Shown in pieces: positions 18,220 to 28,193 of a DNA stretch of 43,676 nt. Positions within the stretch are counted from its first letter, which is position 1. Every line of letters starts with the position of its first letter. The notes below the pieces were generated by a model. That model saw only the letters and a program-made list of their open reading frames with translations. It was not told the origin of the DNA and did not search any database. Source of the stretch: a virus (Duplodnaviria; Caudoviricetes); IMG/VR virus record IMGVR_UViG_3300030613_000018, positions 1 through 43,676 of that record; one strand, written 5' to 3'. Both the position numbers and the translations under genes were made by a program.

Positions 18220-19334
18220 AACAAACCCGCCGGGCAACAGCCCGCTTCTTTCTGCGCCGTCGTACGGGTGTCATAATACGATGGGCAGGAAGTAGGTTTC
18301 CCGCTGCATGCCGCAGAGCACCCGGGGGCACATAACCCTCCTGGAACCTGCACCTCGCTGCACAGAACGCCCGCAGAGCTTAAATCGGCATCTGAGCAAT
18401 CCAGATTTCGGTAAGTGCCGCCGCAATAACATGTCCCCAAAGAAACACCGCATTGCCAGGATGGGTTGCCCTTGTAGGCATTGACCCCCGTGCCTCCACA
18501 ATTTACGGCGATTGCCAAGGTCCCCGTATGTCCACAGCAATCCGTTAAAGTAATTGTCGGGTTATATGCGCAGTTCCCATTTGCCGACGGCGCGGTAAAA
18601 ACAACGGAAGTCCCTGTTGGCGCGCTGAAACTCCCGTAATCGGTAGACCAGGTATAAGGCCCCCCGGCACCCCCGCTCGCATGAGTCAGCGTTTGTGTCC
18701 CGCTGCATGACATCTGCTGCGAGGTATACCCAATCACGGGCGGAGGACAGCCGTCGCATTTGCCGCCACACGCCTTTGTCGTCGGACAACACTCTCGCTT
18801 CTGCTCAAAGCTTTTCCACGCCGCCGGTTTCGACGGGTCTTCACTGGTCTGTACTTGAATGTCCAGAGCGTCCCGATCGCTACAGATAATAACCATGAGC
18901 CGATCGCCTTCAAGCGGCTCTATTTTGGCAATGGTGCAGTTCCCGCATCCAATCGAAATCAATTTGTGCGCGCAGGTAAAAACCCATCCCGCGCAGGAAT
19001 CCCCTTCGGCGCAATCCCGCCAGTCTTCTAGAGCGCCCGCCGCCTCGACCCCTACCCGGCAATCAGGAATCACACTATCCCCTGGATTCGGAGGCGCATA
19101 AGGATTTATTGGCCAACTCGGTGGATTATAGGCGTACTCCATTGCCGAATAGTCGTCTTCGAGATAGGGTTTTTTAAATTCAGATTGTTTGATGAGCTTC
19201 ACGGAATCCAAATATTTTTGAGAGAGTTGATCCATAGCCTCTTCATAAGGAAGATCGCTCGCGTAAAGTCTCCGCCCGGATTCCTGCTCTACCAATTTCG
19301 AGCGGTCATTTTTTCGCCGTATCTGCGCGCTCAA
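18216..19334 (-). CDS. Cys-rich tail/fibre-like protein with Ig/PKD-like segment
   Basis: 28 Cys counted in 372 aa; GGAGGPYTWS..GS....G.SV.FTAP motif; follows the nozzle gene. TTG start uncertain. Confidence 0.7.
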   Translation of the reverse strand: MSAQIRRKNDRSKLVEQESGRRLYASDLPYEEAMDQLSQKYLDSVKLIKQSEFKKPYLEDDYSAMEYAYNPPSWPINPYAPPNPGDSVIPDCRVGVEAAGALEDWRDCAEGDSCAGWVFTCAHKLISIGCGNCTIAKIEPLEGDRLMVIICSDRDALDIQVQTSEDPSKPAAWKSFEQKRECCPTTKACGGKCDGCPPPVIGYTSQQMSCSGTQTLTHASGGAGGPYTWSTDYGSFSAPTGTSVVFTAPSANGNCAYNPTITLTDCCGHTGTLAIAVNCGGTGVNAYKGNPSWQCGVSLGTCYCGGTYRNLDCSDADLSSAGVLCSEVQVPGGLCAPGCSAACSGKPTSCPSYYDTRTTAQKEAGCCPAGLL

Positions 19335-19458
19335 TCTTCAGTTCCTTGTGCTCGCGTTTTTTCCAAAACCCTTCCCGGTTCATGGCCGGTTCTTCGGCGA
19401 TCTTTTTGCAGTCGTGGAATTTTTGAGTCCAGTGCGTGAATTTTTTACTGCCCGCCAT
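19306..19458 (-). CDS. 50-aa ORF (not in ORF track), possibly the frameshifted N-terminus of the Cys-rich protein
   Basis: RBS GAGGT; MAGSKKFTHWTQKFHDCKKIAEEPAMNREGFWKKREHKELKIERADTAKK*, ending AAA AAA TGA. Confidence 0.55.
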   Translation of the reverse strand: MAGSKKFTHWTQKFHDCKKIAEEPAMNREGFWKKREHKELKIERADTAKK

Positions 19459-21877
19459 AAGCAAACAACCTCAATCCAAGGTCCTCAAGGACGCAGTCCT
19501 GTGAAGCCGTGTTGTGTTGAATCTTCAGCGCAAGATGATGGTCGAGAAGATCAAGGTTCAATCGATGCCTGCGCGTGACCTCATTTGAATTCTCCGCCGT
19601 TTGTGCCAGGGTCAGGGCTGTCTGCGCGATCCCATTTTTATATGGTGTCAGTGTCAAGTTACCCGCCGCTTGAACCTTTGCCCGCAGGATCATTTCTCTC
19701 AGGCTGATTCTTTCCCCATGGCCATCAAGCTCGATCGTAACATAGGAATCAATCGCCGTGTCTACATCGTTTGTCGAATTATTGAGGATGTAGACGAAGC
19801 CGTCAGCGGTGCCGCCGCCGATCTGCAGGACGGGGATATTCCCGCTGGCCGCCTCAACTTCAGTGAGGCAGGAAAGCGGCTGCCCCAGGCTGTCAAAGCT
19901 CCATTCCTTGTCGGTGAGGTCAAATACCGGAAAAACATTGGGGACCGTCGCCGAGCTCCCGCAGACCAGGCCCAGGCGCAGGACGTTATAGGCGGAGTCA
20001 TACTCCATCCACATCTCGGACTCATACCCGCGCCGAATGCAGTTTGTGGTGTCGGTCTGATCGAAATAGTTGGCGATGTCCTCGGATATGAAAGAGCAAG
20101 TCCGGCCATCGGTAACGTAGACGCCGTATCTCGACAGGGCGAAGGCCAGGGTCTTGATCTTTTCCTCCGTGGCCGTGCTGGTCAGGACGCCATCGACGAC
20201 GCAGACCGCCTTCGCATTCATGGCGCCCAGGCGCGAGGAAAGGATGAGCTTTCCGAACGTGGTCGGCGAATAGCCTTCAAAGAGGGTGAGGCAACCCCCT
20301 TCCTTTCCTCGTTCTTCCTGCCAGACCATGAGCTCGTTGTGGAATTTCCGCATGGCCACGACCTTGTTGCTGCGCCCGTCCCCGGCTTCGAGGATCCCGT
20401 AATCGTCCCCATTCAGGGTCATGGGCGCGTCTTTGGCCGTAACATAAATGTACTGGCCCCAGCGATCGAAGCTGTAGCAGGCCCGGTCTTTCCATGAGCA
20501 GTTGGTATAACCCTTCCCAAGTTCCGAGATGTCAAAATATGGCTGGTATGTCACCGCGATCGTAACGTCTGAATTCAAGGTCTGATCGACGGTGAATTTC
20601 CACCAGTAGCCATAATACTGAGTCTGATTGAATTCCTGCTCCTTGGCCGTTTCCCGATCAAAAGTTACCCACCCGGACTTGGAAAGCCCGACGGTCCCGT
20701 CCACCAGGCCGCTCACCGCCTGCCAGGCCGCGCCGTCCCAGTACGAGACCGCGTTGACGGTCGTGCTGGCGGTCGTGTTGGGCGTCGCGCCCACGTCCAC
20801 GTAAAAGCCTTCAATCAAGTCCAGGCCGGTACAGAAATAGAAAATATCGGTTGATCCCACGGCGGAGTCAAGGACGATCGAGGACGCCCCGAAGGTCCGG
20901 TAAGTGGTTTGTGAGGCGTCGTAAAACTGAAACTCGACAATATCCACGGGTACTCCGTCGAAGAGATTGACGATGCTCTGGAAATTCGATTCAAAGGTAA
21001 CTTCCGAAACCTCGACCTCGGCGTCCAAGTCTCCGCTGGCCAGACTGAATCTGTACCAAAACCCATAGGTCCCGAACATCAGCCGGGGTATTTCGTCGGT
21101 CGGAGAAGTCCAGGTCATGGTTCCGCTTTGGCCAAGGGTGCAACTACTAACGATCGTATTGTCTGTTATCGAAAGAGTGGTCCAGGCGCTGGTATTTTTC
21201 CAATAATGGCCCTGCATGACCGCGGCCGTTCCATTGGCCGCCGTGACGGTCCATGTCAGCGCATCCGCCCGGATCGGACAGCAGACAAAAACGGCATCGT
21301 AGTCGGCAGCCAGGTCGCCCAGGGAGTCGAGGACGGCAACCGTCGTGCTCAGGCCATCTGTTACTTCGTTCGTGTAGTCCTCGCCCTTGGTCGGCAGGTA
21401 CGGGATCGCCTCAGCGCCCTTATAGACGATGAATTTCTGGACCGGGTAGACGTTCCCCGCCCAAATCTGATGTTGATCCACGCCGTTGCTGTGGATGCAC
21501 TTATCGTTCAAGATGGACCATGAGCCCGCTATCTGTGAGGCGGAGCCATCGAAGACCTGCGATCCGAAGGCCCCCGTGGTAACGGTCGGGGGATTATCGG
21601 TGGCTTCAAGAATGTCGCCGTCGCTCATCTGTGCGAAAAGGTGGTATTCACTCCGGCGGGCCTTGGCGAATTGGTACAAAGACAGGACTTTATTCGTCCC
21701 GTCTGCGGTCGTGTGTTTTTTGACGCATCCTTTCCGCTTCTCGAATCCGGGATATTTCCCACGGAGATTTTGCGCCATCGAATACTTTCCGGACGGGATA
21801 AGGACCGGCTCCAGCCGGGTATTGCATCCGCCCCGGAAAGGAATGGTGTTGATTTCGGTTGTGGCTCTGATCGTCAT
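19445..21877 (-). CDS. tail nozzle/stabilisation protein (P22 gp10/T7 gp12-like role)
   Basis: 810 aa beta-rich, FRGGCN..AQN start typical of nozzle proteins; follows the adaptor. Confidence 0.7.
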   Translation of the reverse strand: MTIRATTEINTIPFRGGCNTRLEPVLIPSGKYSMAQNLRGKYPGFEKRKGCVKKHTTADGTNKVLSLYQFAKARRSEYHLFAQMSDGDILEATDNPPTVTTGAFGSQVFDGSASQIAGSWSILNDKCIHSNGVDQHQIWAGNVYPVQKFIVYKGAEAIPYLPTKGEDYTNEVTDGLSTTVAVLDSLGDLAADYDAVFVCCPIRADALTWTVTAANGTAAVMQGHYWKNTSAWTTLSITDNTIVSSCTLGQSGTMTWTSPTDEIPRLMFGTYGFWYRFSLASGDLDAEVEVSEVTFESNFQSIVNLFDGVPVDIVEFQFYDASQTTYRTFGASSIVLDSAVGSTDIFYFCTGLDLIEGFYVDVGATPNTTASTTVNAVSYWDGAAWQAVSGLVDGTVGLSKSGWVTFDRETAKEQEFNQTQYYGYWWKFTVDQTLNSDVTIAVTYQPYFDISELGKGYTNCSWKDRACYSFDRWGQYIYVTAKDAPMTLNGDDYGILEAGDGRSNKVVAMRKFHNELMVWQEERGKEGGCLTLFEGYSPTTFGKLILSSRLGAMNAKAVCVVDGVLTSTATEEKIKTLAFALSRYGVYVTDGRTCSFISEDIANYFDQTDTTNCIRRGYESEMWMEYDSAYNVLRLGLVCGSSATVPNVFPVFDLTDKEWSFDSLGQPLSCLTEVEAASGNIPVLQIGGGTADGFVYILNNSTNDVDTAIDSYVTIELDGHGERISLREMILRAKVQAAGNLTLTPYKNGIAQTALTLAQTAENSNEVTRRHRLNLDLLDHHLALKIQHNTASQDCVLEDLGLRLFAYGGQ

Positions 21878-22719
21878 GGGATAAACGGCTCCATGTTAAG
21901 AATGCGCTCCTCGAGAGTTTCATCATCGGCGTCGCCGCAGAAGCTTCGCACGGTCTCAATCAAGTCCTGCTGGAAAAGTTCGATTTCAATCCGGCTGGCC
22001 TGGATCGGCGAATCCGGTAGCGTCTTCATATACAACGCCGCCCGCCGGCCGATTAGTGGATGAAATTCTTCCGGGAGTTCTGATGCGATCCCGTAATAGT
22101 CCGCCGTCCCCGCTGTCTGAGCGATCGTGGCCACCCGGGCCGCCGAATAAGCCGAGATTTCCGCGGTAAAGTCCGACGTTATGTTTTCGATATACAGACC
22201 GTTGTAGTAGTCGGCTTCCTTCCGGGCCGTGGTCGCCAGGGTCATTGACAGCGCGCCCCCGGTCTGAACCTGTCCCATGGTGATCTCGCGCGGGCGTTTG
22301 TAATACCAGAGCGTGTTTACATCGCCCAGGGAGTCTTTATCTACCCGCAGGACTTTTCCCTTACGGTAATAGAGATATTTTGAGCCGCCGTCGTCGTTCA
22401 GGTGCCGCTGTGTTACCGGGATCGGATGAATCTTGACCCGGTCCGAGGTCTCGAAAAGGCGGAGTTTGAAAAAATCGGCCGGTAGGGCATACTCTGAAGA
22501 CGACCCGGTGATGGTGGCCGAGGTCAAAAAAAGATGGCGCTGACGGGCAAAGAGAATGTCGAAAAGGAATTTCTGGGCGTCGTTGATGTACTTGACAATG
22601 ATTTCGTTGGAAAAGGGACCACTGGTGTCGGTCCCCTGAAGTTTTGCGGTTGAAAAGTCTTTAACGGCACGTCTAACCTCTGCCACTAACTCGTAGGCAT
22701 TGTGGAAAAACTGGGCCAT
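21874..22719 (-). CDS. head-tail adaptor protein
   Basis: ELVAEVR...YINDAQ...YALPADFFKL...LPEEFHPLI motifs. Confidence 0.75.
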   Translation of the reverse strand: MAQFFHNAYELVAEVRRAVKDFSTAKLQGTDTSGPFSNEIIVKYINDAQKFLFDILFARQRHLFLTSATITGSSSEYALPADFFKLRLFETSDRVKIHPIPVTQRHLNDDGGSKYLYYRKGKVLRVDKDSLGDVNTLWYYKRPREITMGQVQTGGALSMTLATTARKEADYYNGLYIENITSDFTAEISAYSAARVATIAQTAGTADYYGIASELPEEFHPLIGRRAALYMKTLPDSPIQASRIEIELFQQDLIETVRSFCGDADDETLEERILNMEPFIP

Positions 22720-22733
22720 TTTAGGCCTCCTTC

Positions 22734-23339
22734 TTAGGCATCGTCTTCAAGAATTTTACTGAGCGCGTCTTTTCTTGGTCTTCCGGGCAACCTCGGACCG
22801 TCATCCGACTGTTTCCTCGCTTCTTTCTCTGCCCCGGCCATACCTTCCATAAGTCCGACAAGTTGAGTAAGCCGAAATTTTAAATCGTTTATCTCGGTCT
22901 GCTGCGTCTGAAGTTGTCCCTTCAATTCTTGGTTTTCTTTGGCCGCATTATGAATCGCCGTGACCTCGGCGTCCTTCATCGTGTACGGCTCCAGAAGTTT
23001 GATCCCGAGCTCGAAGGCATACCGCTTGACATCTTCAGTCGGTGGCAGATACCCCATGCCGCTCATTTTCCGCTGCTCGTTCATGGTATTGTAGCGGACG
23101 ATTTGAGCCTTCTTAAACTCCGTATTCCGGTCCCGCCCGGCATCGCCTACGATCTCCTCGTTATCGCCATAGACGAGTTGGCAAAGTCCCCTGGTCGCAA
23201 AGGCGTTAAGCAGGTGCTTCCCGCAGGGGTCCTCTACGTTCAGCCTGTGCGACGGCGCCGGTGGCGGTTCCATAACGATCGCAATCCCGCCGTACATCAT
23301 TTTGAGGGTTTCATTTGTTGGGTTAAACAGAGTTATCAT
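22734..23339 (-). CDS. hypothetical virion-module protein
   Basis: 201 aa with coiled coil and PGRPRK AT-hook-like tail; RBS GGGAG. Confidence 0.7.
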   Translation of the reverse strand: MITLFNPTNETLKMMYGGIAIVMEPPPAPSHRLNVEDPCGKHLLNAFATRGLCQLVYGDNEEIVGDAGRDRNTEFKKAQIVRYNTMNEQRKMSGMGYLPPTEDVKRYAFELGIKLLEPYTMKDAEVTAIHNAAKENQELKGQLQTQQTEINDLKFRLTQLVGLMEGMAGAEKEARKQSDDGPRLPGRPRKDALSKILEDDA

Positions 23340-23363
23340 TTTCGTTTCTCCCTTCCGGTTATT

Positions 23364-25094
23364 TTATATCGGTGAGGAAGGCATTTCCTTACTCGCCGTA
23401 TAAGTCAAGGGTCCGAGTCCTAAAGTCCGCGTCTGCGCCCGCCTGGGCGCGGATACACCGAATTTCATCACGGCCCGGGCAACGTCCCCGGGATCCGGTA
23501 AATAGTCCTCAACCTTCCCCTTTCCGGTGGTCGTCCACTCGATCGAATTGACGGGCATGGGAAAGTCGTCTTCCAAAAGCTTTTTATAAATCGCCCGGGC
23601 CTTGTAATATTGACTGCCCATCCGCCAGGGCAGAAGATGCGCCGGGTGTTTGCAGGTCGGGATCAAGACAATGTTATTATCAAAGGCTCCGGCCAGGTGG
23701 ATCGGCGCGGAGTCGTTTGTTACCAAGCACCATGTTTTTTCGAGCATGGCCAAAAGCTGCCCCAGGGTAAGTTTATCCCTTAAATCATACCCGTTTGCCG
23801 GGCAGTCCACGGCCAGGACGCCATGCTCGTCGCTGACGTTTTTGCCTACGATCGCGATCCGATAATAGCGGGATAATAGGGAGATGACCTCGTTCCACCA
23901 GACCAGGGGAAAGGTATTGATCGGCCAGCCGCGGCCCGGATGAAGAACCATGTCCGGCTCGTAGCGGGACACGTCTTCCCGGTCGTTAGCATCCACCTCA
24001 AGAGTTATTGTTTTCAGATCATTGGGAAGAGTCCGCTTTAGAATCCCGAGCGAAGTATAATCAACCCCATGAGTGAAAAGATGGGAGACGTATTTCCGCA
24101 TGGCCGTTTGTGCCGTGGGGTGGGTCTTAATCTCAAAAATGGCATCGCGCGCGATCGCTGGGGTTTTGTTGAAGGCGTTGACGTTCTTCAGGTGCTTAAA
24201 GAGTTCCGGCCAGGTGGTCAGTGCCCAAATCTCGGCGTTCGGGTGAAGATGCTCCGATAGATACCGCAAGGCAGGCTCCGCGCAGACCTGATCCCCCAGG
24301 CCGCCGCCTACCTCAATGAAGACGCAGGGTTCGTATTTATAGGCCGGCGCATCGGCGCGCCATCGTTCGCCGTCCTTCTCTATGGTTTTAACCGTCGCCT
24401 CGGGGTTGTTTACCCCCGCATAATGAACGACGTAGGAGTCCAGGCGGGAGACTCCCAGCCATTTGTTCATGATCGACATCCGGTTCATCTGCCACGGTAG
24501 TTCATGAACTGGGACCTTCCGGGAAATGATTCGGTGATTTAGGTAGGTCTGCTCGCCGAAGGGGAATTTAAGCGGCATTATCGGCCCCTCGGGAAAGGCG
24601 AAAACATGCCGGTGGAATCGGGAGACCACCATCACTCCAGTATTGTAATACGTGAAGCCGTCCCAGCCCGGCAGATCCCCCATTTTGATTTTTGCGTCAT
24701 GGAGGACCATGGCCCTGGGCGTGAAGTCGCCTTCGTTGAAAAGCCCCATTTTCGCCTCGGGCACGATCTCAAATAGGTTTGGGCAGTCCGGGCGGATGAT
24801 CAGATCGGCGTCCAGGTACAGCACCCGGCGATATTTTTTGTGAAGCCAGTGATGTAGAGCCAATTTTAGCCAGTGTGCAGACGGATAGAGCGGCGCCGCC
24901 TCATATTTAACGACCTTAGTCGAATAGGCATTCTCGTAAATAGGCCGCTGCACAATCGGGATTTCGGTCATTTTGACAAGGTCGGCGCCGATCCGGTCCG
25001 CATAGGCTTCAAAATAGGGCTGGGTCTTCTCCCAAATCGCCTCCGTCCCGGCGCCGACGACTATCGTCATGATTGCAAAATGCTTTGGCTTCAA
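23364..25094 (-). CDS. bifunctional glycosyltransferase (GT8-like GT-A + GT9-like GT-B)
   Basis: LYLDADL, YNTGVMV, EQTYLN, VVHYAG (GT8-like), then GGLGDQVC, LHPG, TNDSAPIHLAGAF (GT9/heptosyltransferase-like). Confidence 0.85.
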   Translation of the reverse strand: MKPKHFAIMTIVVGAGTEAIWEKTQPYFEAYADRIGADLVKMTEIPIVQRPIYENAYSTKVVKYEAAPLYPSAHWLKLALHHWLHKKYRRVLYLDADLIIRPDCPNLFEIVPEAKMGLFNEGDFTPRAMVLHDAKIKMGDLPGWDGFTYYNTGVMVVSRFHRHVFAFPEGPIMPLKFPFGEQTYLNHRIISRKVPVHELPWQMNRMSIMNKWLGVSRLDSYVVHYAGVNNPEATVKTIEKDGERWRADAPAYKYEPCVFIEVGGGLGDQVCAEPALRYLSEHLHPNAEIWALTTWPELFKHLKNVNAFNKTPAIARDAIFEIKTHPTAQTAMRKYVSHLFTHGVDYTSLGILKRTLPNDLKTITLEVDANDREDVSRYEPDMVLHPGRGWPINTFPLVWWNEVISLLSRYYRIAIVGKNVSDEHGVLAVDCPANGYDLRDKLTLGQLLAMLEKTWCLVTNDSAPIHLAGAFDNNIVLIPTCKHPAHLLPWRMGSQYYKARAIYKKLLEDDFPMPVNSIEWTTTGKGKVEDYLPDPGDVARAVMKFGVSAPRRAQTRTLGLGPLTYTASKEMPSSPI

Positions 25095-25096
25095 TT

Positions 25097-25447
25097 TTAA
25101 TCCTTAGCCTTGAGGTCTATAGGCAAGTCGCTTGGTGTTTTCCAGGGCGCTTGGCGATTGCTTTGGGCAAGGCTTTCCAAATTTACCGGTATACCACCAG
25201 AAGACGGCAGAGCAATCATCATAAATTCGCCCTGCGTTAGCTCTCGGTATGCTCTTTCAAAGGTCTCCTTGGGAGACCAAGAGATATATCCGTCCTCATA
25301 GCGGACTTTGTAGCCGGGATTCCCTTTCCCGTCTGGCCCGATTTCAACGATGTTGTGAAAAGGCCGAACATTAAGGCTAAACGTCGCATGGTCCATTGGC
25401 TCCGCCGCGATGACCTTCGTTCCGATGTAAATCTTTTCCATGGTCAT
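25097..25447 (-). CDS. conserved phage protein (YIGTK...GYKVRYEDGYISWSPK.FE.AY family)
   Basis: Recognisable widespread phage motif, often fused to DUF2829. Confidence 0.75.
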   Translation of the reverse strand: MTMEKIYIGTKVIAAEPMDHATFSLNVRPFHNIVEIGPDGKGNPGYKVRYEDGYISWSPKETFERAYRELTQGEFMMIALPSSGGIPVNLESLAQSNRQAPWKTPSDLPIDLKAKD

Positions 25448-25504
25448 ACCTCCTTCTTTTTAAGATAAAAAGCCCAATAAATATCCGGCCGACTTTCAAA
25501 CATT

Positions 25505-26215
25505 TCATCTCGGCCAAAAATAAAGCATAGAAAGGTATCCTCTATTTTTGACAATTCCGTTATACCATCGACTCAAACGCTGGACGACAATCTCGCGAGA
25601 ATTTTTCCTCATACTCATGTTGTGATATTCAAAAACGATGTTTCTAATTTTTGGGAAATATTCCCTTGGGAGTAAACCTAAAATCTCTATTTCCGGCCCC
25701 TCGATATCCATCTTTAGAAAATCAATTTTATCCAATCCCTCTTTTTCAAATAAAGAAGGGATGGACAAACATCGAATCTTTCTAATTTCTCCCGTTTTCG
25801 TTTCTCCATAATTAAAAAAGGAATGCCCTCCGGGATTCACATCTACATAAAAGGGAAATTCGCCATCCCAAGCCATCAAGCCAAGATTGAAAAGTTTTGC
25901 CTGTGGCGGGGCATTTTGTTTTAAACATTCAAAGTTTTTGGCATCTGGCTCGAAACTGTAAATTTTTGAGGCTTCCTTTAAAGCTGCATATACGGTAAAA
26001 AATCCTAAGTTTGCCCCAGCATCTACCACAACATCGCCTTTTTGGACGAAACATTTTTCTGTTTCATAGTCCTTGCTTTCAAAAACCTCATGGTAAGTCC
26101 ATCCCCCAAGGTTCGTATATTTATCAACGTCCTTCGGCTTCTCCTTCCTGAAATCCACTTCCAGGAAATTTCCCTTCTTATCCAGCATTTTAAAAACATG
26201 ACCCAGGTTGTTCAT
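25505..26215 (-). CDS. FkbM-family SAM methyltransferase
   Basis: VVDAGANLG, SFEP, IDFLKMDIEGPE, FEYH; AT-rich DNA. Start MNNLG coupled to the upstream stop. Confidence 0.9.
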   Translation of the reverse strand: MNNLGHVFKMLDKKGNFLEVDFRKEKPKDVDKYTNLGGWTYHEVFESKDYETEKCFVQKGDVVVDAGANLGFFTVYAALKEASKIYSFEPDAKNFECLKQNAPPQAKLFNLGLMAWDGEFPFYVDVNPGGHSFFNYGETKTGEIRKIRCLSIPSLFEKEGLDKIDFLKMDIEGPEIEILGLLPREYFPKIRNIVFEYHNMSMRKNSREIVVQRLSRWYNGIVKNRGYLSMLYFWPR

Positions 26216-26769
26216 TTGACAAGTGCATTTTTCGGGTTTTCTGGGTAAGCCGCGTCCCAAGTAACTTCATTGCTCATCCCGGACTCGTTCGCGTCCAGAT
26301 CATAGGCGGAAACGGCGATAACGTAGACTCCAGGCGCCAGGGCCATGGTCGTTAGGTTGAACGTCGGCGCCGGACTTAATCCGACCCCGCGCCGGGCCGC
26401 ATCCGAAAACGCGCCGGTCGGAGTCCTCCAATATAGATAGTATCCGGCAAGATCGGGTTCGGTGTTCGCGTCCCAGACCGCCATTGACTTCTCTATTTTG
26501 GGGCCGATCGCGCACGCCGCAGAGGGTAAAAATAAGGCCGCCGCCAGAAGAAGAATTCCGGCCAGGGCCATGATTTTGCTGATCGGCGATTGCCGAAGAT
26601 GATTGAAAAGGCCAATGATCGCGCCCCCCAAGGCTATGACCCATAGCCTTTGCAGGGACACCCATAACTCTGTTGAGGTCTGTGGGATAACGAAATACGT
26701 CAGCGCCGCAAGGGCGATGCCGTTAATAATCGAATCCGCCAGGGCATAAATCCATTGTCTGAAAGTCAT
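26212..26769 (-). CDS. membrane protein with C-terminal fibronectin type III domain
   Basis: Three hydrophobic segments, then WDANTEPDLAGYYLYW...YVIAVSAYD..NES.MSNEV. Confidence 0.75.
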   Translation of the reverse strand: MTFRQWIYALADSIINGIALAALTYFVIPQTSTELWVSLQRLWVIALGGAIIGLFNHLRQSPISKIMALAGILLLAAALFLPSAACAIGPKIEKSMAVWDANTEPDLAGYYLYWRTPTGAFSDAARRGVGLSPAPTFNLTTMALAPGVYVIAVSAYDLDANESGMSNEVTWDAAYPENPKNALVK

Positions 26770-27212
26770 GGTGATTGCTCCTTTCCGAAAACTTTTCCTT
26801 TTGGTTTAACCTTGACTTGTCTGAACCCGGCGTTGCTCTTGCTTGTGTTCGCCGCTTTGGCGAAGGCGTTGCGAAGTTGGTGCTTCGAATCCTTGGTCAT
26901 GTCCCTGAATCTTTCTTTGCGCTTTCTCCGGGCCTGTTCCTGCTCGCTCAGGTATTCGCTCATCTTGCCCATGCGGTTAAATTTCTCCCGGTAGTCCTCG
27001 CGGGCAAGATCGGATTGCTTCAGTTTCAAAATATCGCGCTGGTCTGGCTGCCGGAAGCCCCCGGCCTGGTCGCGGACGCTCATAATCGGGACGCTGCCGC
27101 CGCAGGGGCGCTCATAGGTGATAATAAATGTCTGCCCGTTGAATCGACAACCCAGGCGTTTGTCGGTGCGCTTGAGTTCACTCAAAAAAGATCGGTCGGG
27201 TTTGTAATCCAT
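26766..27212 (-). CDS. hypothetical virion-module protein
   Basis: 148-aa basic ORF coupled to the next gene. Confidence 0.65.
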   Translation of the reverse strand: MDYKPDRSFLSELKRTDKRLGCRFNGQTFIITYERPCGGSVPIMSVRDQAGGFRQPDQRDILKLKQSDLAREDYREKFNRMGKMSEYLSEQEQARRKRKERFRDMTKDSKHQLRNAFAKAANTSKSNAGFRQVKVKPKGKVFGKEQSP

Positions 27213-27221
27213 GCTTCCGCC

Positions 27222-28181
27222 TTACTTGAATTCTGCCGTAACTGTTCCGAAGGCCGGGTCAAGAGCACCATCCCCCCCCGATCCCAACAACGCCAAAAAA
27301 ATATCAGCCTTCGCTGCCTCTGCAAGATTGATCCAGCCAGTATCAAGATAGGTATTGTTGACGTTTGTCGCCACACTCACTTCGGAAGTGCCTATATCTG
27401 AATAATTGGCGACAACTTGCGTAAACGGCGCAACTTTATATCTGAGAATTAATTTCGACGCGGCGGCCCCAGAAGTCCCTTGCTTATTCACCCGTAGCCG
27501 TACTTGTGTGTACCCCGTAAGGTCCACCCGCTCAACGATCTTGGCGACAGTAGCCGTGCTCAACCAGAAAGATAATGCGGCGGGCATGTTTGTCCAGACC
27601 AGTGCGGCCAGAACCGGCACCGCAATGGGCACGCGCAACATCGAGACGATCCCCGGAATGCCCTGCGCGCCCTGAGGGCCAACATTGCCCTGGACTCCCT
27701 GTTCGCCCGATACTCCTTGGATTCCTTGTTCCCCCTGTGCCCCTGCCGCTCCATCATTACCCGGGATCCCCTGCACGCCTTGGATGCCCTGCTCTCCTTG
27801 TGCGCCAGGAGCACCGTCATTGCCCGGAATCCCTTGAATCCCTTGAATACCCTGTTCCCCGGATGCTCCTGGGTCTCCTTGCACTCCCGGCGCTCCGTCG
27901 TTCCCCGGCGCTCCCTGAATTCCTTGATCTCCTTGTGGCCCGGGATCTCCCTGCGCTCCTGGGGCCCCGGGTATCCCATCGTTGCCTGGAGAACCTTGAG
28001 CACCATCGGCGCCAACCGGTCCCTGGGCACCGTCGGCACCCGCAGGACCGGGATCCCCCTGATCTCCCTTTGGCCCAGGCGGACCCTGCGCCGCTGCTTC
28101 TTCTACGAAAACAGCAAGACCCTGAATCTCAGTAGCCGCGTGGGTATGAGGATTGCTCCATGGGCTGGTTCCGTCTGCCAT
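27222..28181 (-). CDS. collagen-like fibre protein
   Basis: About 49 uninterrupted Gly-X-Y triplets, N-terminal HTH motif (PHTHAATEI), C-terminal beta domain. Confidence 0.9.
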   Translation of the reverse strand: MADGTSPWSNPHTHAATEIQGLAVFVEEAAAQGPPGPKGDQGDPGPAGADGAQGPVGADGAQGSPGNDGIPGAPGAQGDPGPQGDQGIQGAPGNDGAPGVQGDPGASGEQGIQGIQGIPGNDGAPGAQGEQGIQGVQGIPGNDGAAGAQGEQGIQGVSGEQGVQGNVGPQGAQGIPGIVSMLRVPIAVPVLAALVWTNMPAALSFWLSTATVAKIVERVDLTGYTQVRLRVNKQGTSGAAASKLILRYKVAPFTQVVANYSDIGTSEVSVATNVNNTYLDTGWINLAEAAKADIFLALLGSGGDGALDPAFGTVTAEFK

Positions 28182-28193
28182 TTTCCTTAGCCC

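Noticed and set aside
27645-28085. DNA-level tandem repeat
   Set aside because: Periodicity is fully explained by Gly-X-Y codons, with varied synonymous positions.
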